DNA from: a virus
Taxonomy: Duplodnaviria > Caudoviricetes
DNA length: 64,000 bases
IMG/VR virus record: IMGVR_UViG_3300037067_002514
Location: 26,044-90,043 of that record
Direction: 5' to 3' (one strand)
This document shows, piece by piece, positions 57,580 through 64,000 of this stretch. Each line of letters opens with the position of its first letter. Positions within the stretch are counted from its first letter, which is position 1. The notes under the pieces are model-generated. The model searched no databases. It saw only the letters and a list, made by a program, of their open reading frames with translations, and had not been told where the DNA came from. Both the position numbers and the translations under genes were made by a program.

Positions 57580-57686
57580 GATACCATCAAGAAAAAATAC
57601 CAATCCAAATATTGTAGAACAGCCAGTACCATTTATATTTTTATAGAATAGATTAATACCAATTTAAAAAATATAGAACAGCCGTT

Positions 57687-57818
57687 CTACTTTATATTTT
57701 TATAAGCAATCTCAATTAGTTTAAGGTATGTCTTATTAGCTACTCTTTTAAGGTATCCCTTAGGGCAATAAAAACAACCACTTCTACTTTTACCACCATG
57801 ACAATAATAATCCTTCAT
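57687..57818 (-). CDS. Small Cys-containing protein (43 aa, not in ORF track)
   Basis: AAGGAG RBS; MKDYYCHGGKSRSGCFYCPKGYLKRVANKTYLKLIEIAYKNIK; followed by hairpin TAGAAC-GGCT-GTTCTA plus T-run. Confidence 0.6.
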   Translation of the reverse strand: MKDYYCHGGKSRSGCFYCPKGYLKRVANKTYLKLIEIAYKNIK

Positions 57819-57830
57819 ATATCTCCTTAC

Positions 57831-57859
57831 ATAGGATAGGGTATTATACCCTATCCTAT
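57831..57859. terminator. 13-bp hairpin after gene 57870-58235
   Basis: ATAGGATAGGGTA-TTA-TACCCTATCCTAT. Confidence 0.6.
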
Positions 57860-57869
57860 AGTCATTCTG

Positions 57870-58235
57870 CTATCTCTCATCGCTATAGACATACTCGTCA
57901 AATAACCTGTCTATGCAATAAGAGAAACGATCATCAGCCTGTTTTTTAGCTTGTAGGAATTCAGTTTCTGCCATCTCTATTTCACGTGCTTTTATATCAC
58001 ATATAGAGTAATAAAAGGTTACCATACCCCTTAAATCCTCAACATAGGTCACAGGCTTAAAGATACTCTTATACCAATATTCATATCTTCCGCATGGGTC
58101 TACATAGGCTATTTTACTTACTTTGTCAATGTTAGTCTCATTGTCTTCCCATTGCCACTCTTTAATAAGGCAGTCCAGTATACCATCAATATCCTGGGCA
58201 CGATAATTGTTACCATCAATAACTAATTCAAACAT
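57870..58235 (-). CDS. Hypothetical protein
   Basis: 121 aa; AAGGAG RBS; own promoter module. Confidence 0.65.
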   Translation of the reverse strand: MFELVIDGNNYRAQDIDGILDCLIKEWQWEDNETNIDKVSKIAYVDPCGRYEYWYKSIFKPVTYVEDLRGMVTFYYSICDIKAREIEMAETEFLQAKKQADDRFSYCIDRLFDEYVYSDER

Positions 58236-58265
58236 CTCATATACTCCTTATTTCATTATAGTGTA

Positions 58266-58345
58266 ATTCTATCATAACCTAATAAGTATGTCTAATTAAT
58301 ATAATACCAGTTTAGGTCATCTATTCCTGGTTGGTATTAATACCA
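58266..58345 (-). promoter_or_regulatory. Stereotyped promoter module 1
   Basis: Palindrome 58332-58345; TGGTATT 58309-58303; TAGACA-17-TAGAAT. Confidence 0.75.
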
Positions 58346-58412
58346 TATTAATAAAATACTTTAGAGAAAATACCAATCTCTAAAGTATAGAACAGCATTA
58401 ACAGTTTATATT

Positions 58413-58568
58413 TTAACAGTGCCTAACAGAGAATTGCCTAGATTTTATAATATCCACGATTACCCAATTCATGTAGTCCATAGATAGCATATTCAATTCA
58501 TGATACCTATTTCGTACAATGTGCATTTCCTTGAATGATAGGTTATTAATAAGTGATCTAAATGCCAT
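58413..58568 (-). CDS. Hypothetical protein (51 aa, not in ORF track)
   Basis: AGGAGG RBS; MAFRSLINNLSFKEMHIVRNRYHELNMLSMDYMNWVIVDIIKSRQFSVRHC. Confidence 0.65.
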   Translation of the reverse strand: MAFRSLINNLSFKEMHIVRNRYHELNMLSMDYMNWVIVDIIKSRQFSVRHC

Positions 58569-58594
58569 AACTAACCTCCTTAAACTATAATATC

Positions 58595-58675
58595 AGTATA
58601 CCATGGATCTACTAGGATGTAAAATATATTTAATACCATTTTATTACTTATACAACTTTTAAGGTATTAATACCA
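58595..58675 (-). promoter_or_regulatory. Stereotyped promoter module 2
   Basis: Palindrome 58662-58675 (1 mismatch); half-site 58638-58632; TTTACA-17-TATACT. Confidence 0.75.
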
Positions 58676-58693
58676 TATATATTTAATAAGATA

Positions 58694-58754
58694 ATACCAC
58701 TAGCACTGATAGCCTAACGCTTATAATAAACGCCGCAACTTGTGCTAGTGGTAT
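58694..58754. terminator. 13-bp inverted repeat with 35-nt loop after gene 58761
   Basis: ATACCACTAGCAC...GTGCTAGTGGTAT. Confidence 0.45.
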
Positions 58755-58760
58755 ACTAAC

Positions 58761-59009
58761 CTATTGCTTTATCTGGGATAGTTCGCTTTCAGTAAATACA
58801 CAATAGTCTCTTAGACCATGCTTTACATGTACTTCTACTCTATCAGGACTACGTTTCCAAGTCTTAATGGATGTCACCCTTGCCCTCATAGGTGTCTTTT
58901 TATCCACATTGAATTTTATGGTAGAATAAATCCACTGGCCTTGCTTTAATTGTTTAGCTTCTGTAAGTGTCATTGCATCCTCCTTAATCCTTATACTTAA
59001 GTATAGCAT
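58761..59009 (-). CDS. Hypothetical protein (probable start MTLTEAK at 58973)
   Basis: AAGGAGG RBS upstream of 58973. Confidence 0.6.
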   Translation of the reverse strand: MLYLSIRIKEDAMTLTEAKQLKQGQWIYSTIKFNVDKKTPMRARVTSIKTWKRSPDRVEVHVKHGLRDYCVFTESELSQIKQ

Positions 59010-59080
59010 ATAATATAGTATAGTTCAAATCAATATAATACCAAATTTTATCCCATCCTAGTAAGCTGGTATTTATACCA
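59000..59080 (-). promoter_or_regulatory. Stereotyped promoter module 3
   Basis: Palindrome 59067-59080; half-site 59043-59037; TTGAAC-17-TATACT with TG extension; GAAA-tetraloop hairpin at 59089-59102. Confidence 0.75.
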
Positions 59081-59106
59081 TATTATATAGGGCTTTCGCC
59101 CTTTAC

Positions 59107-59400
59107 CTATGCTATTCTATCAAAGCCTATTGAACAACATTCATATAGCTTATCCTCTATCATTAGTAAATCACCCACTGACATAGAAGTATGTAAACTA
59201 TGATCTCTTATAAACCATTGAGTTACTGTCAAATACTTATCAGGGACAGTATTTAGTATATCAAAGATCTTCCCCTTAGTCACCTCACTACAAAAGAATG
59301 AGTCCATTACTTTTTCATACTTTAATAGCACGTCTTTTAATGTTGGAAAGCAAGCCTTAAAATCTGAATCAACTTTGTAGAATACCCTTACTCTATTCAT
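59107..59400 (-). CDS. YodL-like domain protein
   Basis: HTSMSVGDLLMI...YECCSIGF resembles the YodL HSLSVSDVV..GF signature. Confidence 0.5.
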   Translation of the reverse strand: MNRVRVFYKVDSDFKACFPTLKDVLLKYEKVMDSFFCSEVTKGKIFDILNTVPDKYLTVTQWFIRDHSLHTSMSVGDLLMIEDKLYECCSIGFDRIA

Positions 59401-59427
59401 TTAATTCCCCCTTACTACTATATTATA

Positions 59428-59507
59428 ATTATATAATATCTAATTAAGAATGTAAAATTAATAAAGTACCATTTATTATAAGGGATTTAGTTATGGTATT
59501 AATACCA
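59428..59507 (-). promoter_or_regulatory. Stereotyped promoter module 4
   Basis: Palindrome 59494-59507; TGGTACT 59471-59465; TTTACA-17-TATAAT. Confidence 0.75.
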
Positions 59508-59559
59508 TCTTACTTACACTGGTACAAAATAGTACCAGGTTTATTTTATAGAACAGCAA

Positions 59560-60231
59560 TTATTTATTATAACTTAACAGTTTATCAATACTTAACTCAT
59601 TAACATTACATACCTTATGCTTTTTCTGGTTAACATAACTCCAATCACACCCCGATATAATTTCACCTAGTGCATTAAGGTATAATAAACCATCATTTAC
59701 ATAATCGTCTTCTTCAACTTCAAATCCTGAATCGTAAGGCTTCCTATTATTATTATGTTTACTTCTACCCTCTGATATTGGGTCATAAAATTCACCATCT
59801 TTGTATTTAGTACTAGCAAAAGATAGTGTTAGTAGTTTATTATAGTTAGGTTTATTATCCAATGTACTTATGTGATAGCCATCATTTGAAATATGTACCT
59901 GTGATATCTCATTATCTTGGCATAGAGAATACAGGTTAATACAAGATAATATAAACTTATCACTAGGATTAATCCCATTAGTAGCTATATAGAAGTTACC
60001 TATATAAATCTTTTTCTTTTTAGCTACCTTTATGAAATGATCTATAGCTTCACAGTTTAAGCTAGGTTCACCCCCAGTAAAGGTTATATCATCTATAGAG
60101 TCAACTTTAGATAATAGGGTATCAATATACCTATTATCTATATTGATAGATTGCTTACCACCTCTTAAGCAGTGGCTACAAGATAACTGACATCTTCTAG
60201 TTACTTCAATCAATAAATTACTTACTTTCAT
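59560..60231 (-). CDS. Radical SAM protein
   Basis: VTRRCQLSCSHC (CxxxCxxC), ITFTGGEPSL, IATNG. Confidence 0.85.
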   Translation of the reverse strand: MKVSNLLIEVTRRCQLSCSHCLRGGKQSINIDNRYIDTLLSKVDSIDDITFTGGEPSLNCEAIDHFIKVAKKKKIYIGNFYIATNGINPSDKFILSCINLYSLCQDNEISQVHISNDGYHISTLDNKPNYNKLLTLSFASTKYKDGEFYDPISEGRSKHNNNRKPYDSGFEVEEDDYVNDGLLYLNALGEIISGCDWSYVNQKKHKVCNVNELSIDKLLSYNK

Positions 60232-60248
60232 TTCACCCTCCTATATAT

Positions 60249-60328
60249 AGTATATAGTATCTTATTTAATCTATCAAGTAATAATAATACCAATTTTACT
60301 AGGTTGAGACTATATAGTATTAATACCA
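60249..60328 (-). promoter_or_regulatory. Stereotyped promoter module 5
   Basis: Palindrome 60315-60328 (1 mismatch); half-site 60292-60286; TTGATA-17-TATACT. Confidence 0.75.
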
Positions 60329-60337
60329 TCTTAATGA

Positions 60338-60366
60338 GATAGGATAGCTTTTTGGGCTATCCTATC
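60338..60366. terminator. 11-bp hairpin terminator
   Basis: GATAGGATAGC-N7-GCTATCCTATC. Confidence 0.65.
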
Positions 60367-60370
60367 AATA

Positions 60371-60523
60371 TCAGTTTATTCTGGGGTCTTCAATGATGTT
60401 AATGTTTTTTCTTGAAGCAGCTTTTTGTAACCTTAGTATTCTATACCTTATTACCTTATTGTCGCTAATCTCATCCATTTTAGCTTTTAATTTCATCCTG
60501 TGAATTCTGTTAGCACCTTTCAT
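60371..60523 (-). CDS. Small basic protein (50 aa, not in ORF track)
   Basis: AAGGAG RBS; MKGANRIHRMKLKAKMDEISDNKVIRYRILRLQKAASRKNINIIEDPRIN. Confidence 0.6.
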   Translation of the reverse strand: MKGANRIHRMKLKAKMDEISDNKVIRYRILRLQKAASRKNINIIEDPRIN

Positions 60524-60560
60524 TGACTTCTCCTTATTTATTACTTACTTATACTATATA

Positions 60561-60860
60561 CTATTTTATATTATTATGCAACTTATTTACTATCTTAGTA
60601 TATCTTCTTGATCTCATACCTAAGATGGTATCCAGTGATTCGCATAGTAATCTTAGTTCCCTTGTATCCCCTGCTATCCTTTCAGCAGTAAGGCCATAAT
60701 GGGTATGTTCCCCGCATTCCATAAGATCATTAAGCAGTGTACTATTAAGCTTGTTAATGTCTTCTCTTAGTAACCTTATGCCTATTTGAAGACTGCTTAC
60801 AAGTGCATTGTGATCAATTTCAACCTTGTTAAAAGATAGGTCATTCTTAGTTAATTTCAT
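60561..60860 (-). CDS. Hypothetical helical protein
   Basis: 99 aa; AAGGGGG RBS; own promoter module. Confidence 0.6.
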   Translation of the reverse strand: MKLTKNDLSFNKVEIDHNALVSSLQIGIRLLREDINKLNSTLLNDLMECGEHTHYGLTAERIAGDTRELRLLCESLDTILGMRSRRYTKIVNKLHNNIK

Positions 60861-60885
60861 TTCATACCCCCTTATATTATACTTA

Positions 60886-60965
60886 ATCTTAGCATGTTTT
60901 CAGGATATACTCAAATAAAATTAATACCAGTTTATCCTTGGCATTGTTTTATGGTACTTATACCA
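60886..60965 (-). promoter_or_regulatory. Stereotyped promoter module 6
   Basis: TGGTACTTATACCA 60952-60965; half-site 60929-60923; TTGAGT-17-TAAGAT with TG extension. Confidence 0.7.
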
Positions 60966-61032
60966 ACTTAAGTAATCTATCCTAGTAGAGTACCATATTT
61001 ACCCTACTAGAACAGAACAGGTATTGAATACT

Positions 61033-61380
61033 TTATCTGTTTCTTAACCACTTCCTTATCTTTTTAAGTACTCTTAACTTAGTCCTTAAACAAATGCTAT
61101 CCCACCATTTAGAATCATCATTGGAATATACAGTATATAATACCTCCTCATATAGGGCACTCTCATCTTGATAAATTATTTTGTGATCTACGGTAATATT
61201 CTTATACTTATTATTATCTGAGTCCCATTCAGGTGCAAAGCAATGTATAGGGCATAGGCAGTCATAACCATTATAAGCGTTAATATATACCCTAGGTTCT
61301 GTTAATAACTGTCCCCCTGTCTTCCCTTCCAGTTCCAATAGGTGCTCTATTATTTTCTGATACCTTTTCTCACTGATCAT
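61033..61380 (-). CDS. Hypothetical protein, single copy of a CPI/DSxWW domain
   Basis: Aligns by eye to both halves of 61776-62384. Confidence 0.7.
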   Translation of the reverse strand: MISEKRYQKIIEHLLELEGKTGGQLLTEPRVYINAYNGYDCLCPIHCFAPEWDSDNNKYKNITVDHKIIYQDESALYEEVLYTVYSNDDSKWWDSICLRTKLRVLKKIRKWLRNR

Positions 61381-61410
61381 TTAATTCCCCCTGTCCTTCA
61401 TTCTATTATA

Positions 61411-61490
61411 AGTATAAAGCATTGTAGCCTAGTTGTAAAATGATAAAAATACCAGACTAGAAATATTAAATATTTATGGTATTAATACCA
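61411..61490 (-). promoter_or_regulatory. Stereotyped promoter module 7
   Basis: Palindrome 61477-61490; half-site 61454-61448; TTTACA-17-TATACT. Confidence 0.75.
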
Positions 61491-61565
61491 TGTTATATAG
61501 TACTATTAAAATAATACCAATTCTAGCTTACTAGAACAGAACCTAATTATAATATTTTTAAGGTG

Positions 61566-61727
61566 CTAGATATTACTTACCCAGTAGTTGTTTATCTTAC
61601 AAGCTACAAAGTACAGCATATTATCCTGTTTTATTATTATCCTGTTCCTAGTTGCATTTACATTATAACCTCCTTTTCTACACTCTTTTAGTATCCCTGA
61701 AATGTCTTGGTTAGAATATAGTTTCAT
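61566..61727 (-). CDS. Hypothetical protein (53 aa, not in ORF track)
   Basis: AAGGGGG RBS; MKLYSNQDISGILKECRKGGYNVNATRNRIIIKQDNMLYFVACKINNYWVSNI. Confidence 0.6.
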   Translation of the reverse strand: MKLYSNQDISGILKECRKGGYNVNATRNRIIIKQDNMLYFVACKINNYWVSNI

Positions 61728-61775
61728 ATACCCCCTTAATACTTTGTCCCATAGGCAACCCTCCTTATTATAATA

Positions 61776-62384
61776 TTATTTATATTTTAGCCATAATGTC
61801 ATTCTATATATATATTTGTCAGTTTCCTCTTTGGATAACCTATTCCACCAACTAGAATCCGATAACTTGTATACTTCGTATATAGTACCCCCAAATGATA
61901 ATTGACCCATGCCATAGTAGTCTATTTTATTACCCTCTGCGTCTTCGTCTGGGGTACATGAGAGTATAGGGCATATTATAGGGGTATGTTCTAATTTAAG
62001 GGGTTTACCTGTATGCTTTTCAAGGGTAAGCAGATTAGATATCAGGGTATCATACCTATCTATATCTATATCCCCGTATTTTATTATATCCTTTTTTAAC
62101 TTAGATAGTACGCCCTTTTTTGTTGAGCTATATAGCGACTTCCACCATTTAGAATCTTTGGGGGTATATGCTTTGATTGGGGGCGTTCTGTCATAGTGTA
62201 TATTACCATAATTATCACAGAATGAATAGTCCTCATTATTAAAGTAATTAGGGGCATGGTTAGCTATGGGACAATCACAATTATAGAAACTATACCTTGC
62301 AATCCCCCTTAATGGATACTTGCCTTGTCTCTCTAGCTCAAATAGGTGAAATAGAATCTTCTCATAATTAACCTTTGTTATCAT
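61776..62384 (-). CDS. Hypothetical protein, tandem duplicate of the CPI/DSxWW domain
   Basis: Two ~100-aa repeats (CDCPI..DSKWW; IICPI..DSSWW). Confidence 0.7.
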   Translation of the reverse strand: MITKVNYEKILFHLFELERQGKYPLRGIARYSFYNCDCPIANHAPNYFNNEDYSFCDNYGNIHYDRTPPIKAYTPKDSKWWKSLYSSTKKGVLSKLKKDIIKYGDIDIDRYDTLISNLLTLEKHTGKPLKLEHTPIICPILSCTPDEDAEGNKIDYYGMGQLSFGGTIYEVYKLSDSSWWNRLSKEETDKYIYRMTLWLKYK

Positions 62385-62415
62385 CTTAATCCCCCTTAAT
62401 CTATATTCTTATATT

Positions 62416-62497
62416 ATTATATGGTATCTGTAATAAAAAGTAAAGATAAAATAATACCAATTTTAAATTACTAGGAAGGATTTTGGTATTAATACTA
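62416..62497 (-). promoter_or_regulatory. Stereotyped promoter module 8
   Basis: Palindrome 62484-62497 (1 mismatch); half-site 62459-62453; TTTACT-17-TATAAT. Confidence 0.75.
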
Positions 62498-62570
62498 TAT
62501 ATCACACTTTAAAAATAAAAAATACCAGGTTACCATATTTCAGGCAATCTGGTATTAAATTAACTTGACA

Positions 62571-62593
62571 GGGGGAAGGTTTTATGCTTCCCC
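62571..62593. terminator. Terminator-like hairpin after the DUF932 gene
   Basis: GGGGGAAG-N7-CTTCCCCC. Confidence 0.6.
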
Positions 62594-62601
62594 CATTTGA
62601 T

Positions 62602-63597
62602 CTAGTCTTTTAACAGATAGCTGAAGGCACGTTCTTTTATAGCGTTACCACTTCCGAATAATACAGCATTCATTCTCTTAGAATCAGATAGGTCTGACTT
62701 ACCTATCCTATAGGTCTTATAATGATCTGTATACTCAGTTATAGCATTATACCAATCGTACTTAGTGCCTTGTCCTGATATTCCCTTGCCTTGTCCATGA
62801 GCAAGTTCTGAGATAAATTCCATATCTTCCTTAACTGGTTTGTATAGCTCTTCCATTTTTAATCCTTGCTCTTTTAATCCAAAGGACTCAGCAAGTAACA
62901 AAGGTGCCTGCGCTGGGGGTAGCATATGAGTAGCTAAGTACTTTACTTGCTCTTCAAAGGCTAAGAAAAACTTATTAGTTATTCCTAGTATATCCTGTGC
63001 ATCCCGTACCTTAGACATTATATTAGTAGTATGCTTTGCGTAGAATCTGTTAGCGTTACCACTAGCACAAGCTGATCTCAGGGTGTTATTGCATACTACT
63101 CTTACGGGGGTGAAAAACATACTTAAGGCATCGCTGCCGTCATGGGAATTGATAAGTAATAAGTACTTCTCAATATCAGAATCAGGCATATGGATAACGT
63201 CATTTATCTTAGCTAGTATCCATATCCTTGCACCGTTGAATAGACTGCCAACTGTGTGATACATTGCAAAGTTACCACCAACTACGCTATCGAACAACTT
63301 GAATGCTTCAACGTTCTGGATAGGGACATATCTTGACGATACACAATTATATACTGCATTATCCCTTACCCGCCTTACTAGGTACTTATCTGGTACGCTA
63401 AGGTATTTACCTGAATCCCCCTCAGGTACATATTGATAGCAGTCAGTTACTTCAACCTCATCATCTAACTGCGCTGCTATAATAGCTTCCTGTGAGGTCA
63501 TAGGATGATCTACCTTAATACCTAACTTATGCCATGGTAAATCCCCAAAGTAAGCCATCTGTGCGCTACCATTCTTAAAACTTAACTCGTGAGCCAT
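62602..63597 (-). CDS. DUF932 / phage-plasmid TIGR03299-family protein
   Basis: MAHEL...PWHKLG, YVPIQNVEAF, GSLFNGARIW, LLLINSHDGS, TPVRVVCNNTL. Confidence 0.88.
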   Translation of the reverse strand: MAHELSFKNGSAQMAYFGDLPWHKLGIKVDHPMTSQEAIIAAQLDDEVEVTDCYQYVPEGDSGKYLSVPDKYLVRRVRDNAVYNCVSSRYVPIQNVEAFKLFDSVVGGNFAMYHTVGSLFNGARIWILAKINDVIHMPDSDIEKYLLLINSHDGSDALSMFFTPVRVVCNNTLRSACASGNANRFYAKHTTNIMSKVRDAQDILGITNKFFLAFEEQVKYLATHMLPPAQAPLLLAESFGLKEQGLKMEELYKPVKEDMEFISELAHGQGKGISGQGTKYDWYNAITEYTDHYKTYRIGKSDLSDSKRMNAVLFGSGNAIKERAFSYLLKD

Positions 63598-63634
63598 TTC
63601 ATTATTCCCCCTTACTATTTATTTATCTATTCTA

Positions 63635-63733
63635 ATAATAGCTTATCTGAATAAGGATGTCAATAGTAAAAAATACCAGTTTAAAATAAAAATACCAAAA
63701 TTCCTGGCTGGGATTGTACTGGTATAAATACCA
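63635..63733 (-). promoter_or_regulatory. Stereotyped promoter module 9 (with an extra half-site)
   Basis: TGGTATAAATACCA 63720-63733; half-sites 63697-63691 and 63678-63672; TTGACA-17-TATTAT. Confidence 0.8.
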
Positions 63734-63828
63734 TATAACCTATCCTAGTAGAAAGTCTACCATAAAGATAGAACAGACTACTAGAACAGGATTAGAACAG
63801 GATACCTTTACAGTATCCTAAAGGGGGA

Positions 63829-63999
63829 CTACTCAATTTCACGATAATTATCAACTATTAATTCTACGATATCCTTACATTCTCTAAGGCTAAAGCCGTC
63901 TGGGATAACATTTTTAGAATGCTCCCTTACTGCCTTTATTAAGTTAATCTTATTATACTCCTTATCCTCTTTGTGCAAGATAACCCATAAATCAGCAAG
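63829..63999 (-). CDS. 3' end of a protein with ribosomal bL12 (L7/L12) C-terminal-domain-like motif (truncated by window edge)
   Basis: ...KINLIKAVREHSKNVIPDGFSLRECKDIVE... matches the K-I-x-x-I-K-x-V-R-E...G-L-x-E-A-K-D-x-V-E pattern. Confidence 0.6.
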   Translation of the reverse strand, partial: LADLWVILHKEDKEYNKINLIKAVREHSKNVIPDGFSLRECKDIVELIVDNYREIE

Positions 64000-64000
64000 G

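Noticed and set aside
57674-57689. LexA box (AGAAC-N4-GTTCT)
   Set aside because: It lies directly after a stop codon and is followed by a T-run, so a terminator explains it better; other copies are half-sites only. A one-mismatch copy at 57529-57542 has no associated promoter
57552-63733. CRISPR array interpretation of the recurrent palindrome
   Set aside because: The repeats are 14 bp, separated by hundreds of bases containing genes, and fixed relative to promoters; no cas genes are present
57615-63800. Integron attC/gene-cassette interpretation
   Set aside because: GTTCTA does not fit GTTRRRY, there are no paired RYYYAAC/GTTRRRY ends, no integrase is in the window, and the cassettes carry their own promoters
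1-64000. Alternative genetic code (stop-codon reassignment)
   Set aside because: Long genes are intact in the standard code, and TAA, TAG and TGA all serve as coupled stops

Overview
This window is a 64-kb segment of an AT-rich tailed bacteriophage genome. It is siphovirus-like: tail tube, tape measure and frameshifted tail chaperone are present, and no sheath gene is seen. All credible genes lie on the minus strand. Sigma70-type promoters, strong Shine-Dalgarno sites and a class III ribonucleotide reductase point to an anaerobic bacterial host. In transcription order (right to left) there are five blocks. (1) About 57-64 kb is an array of small genes, nine of them behind a stereotyped promoter module: TGGTATTAATACCA palindrome, a TGGTATT half-site exactly 8 bp upstream of the -35, then -35/17 bp/-10. 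(2) About 47-57 kb holds nucleotide-metabolism and accessory genes (ClpP-like, dut, frameshifted nrdG, nrdD with 3 inteins). (3) Terminase (3 inteins) and portal (1 intein) follow. (4) A ~15.6-kb nucleotide-sugar/glycosyltransferase cluster sits between the portal and the prohead protease; it includes GmhA, an HldE-like enzyme, two ThDP enzymes, PanB, reductases, methyltransferases and an intein-split dehydratase. (5) Head, neck, tail and receptor-binding genes complete the window, with further inteins in a glycosyltransferase and a putative head-closure protein. Ten inteins (10,464 nt, ~16% of the window) were delimited by hand. All product calls come from motif recognition only; no database searches were run.
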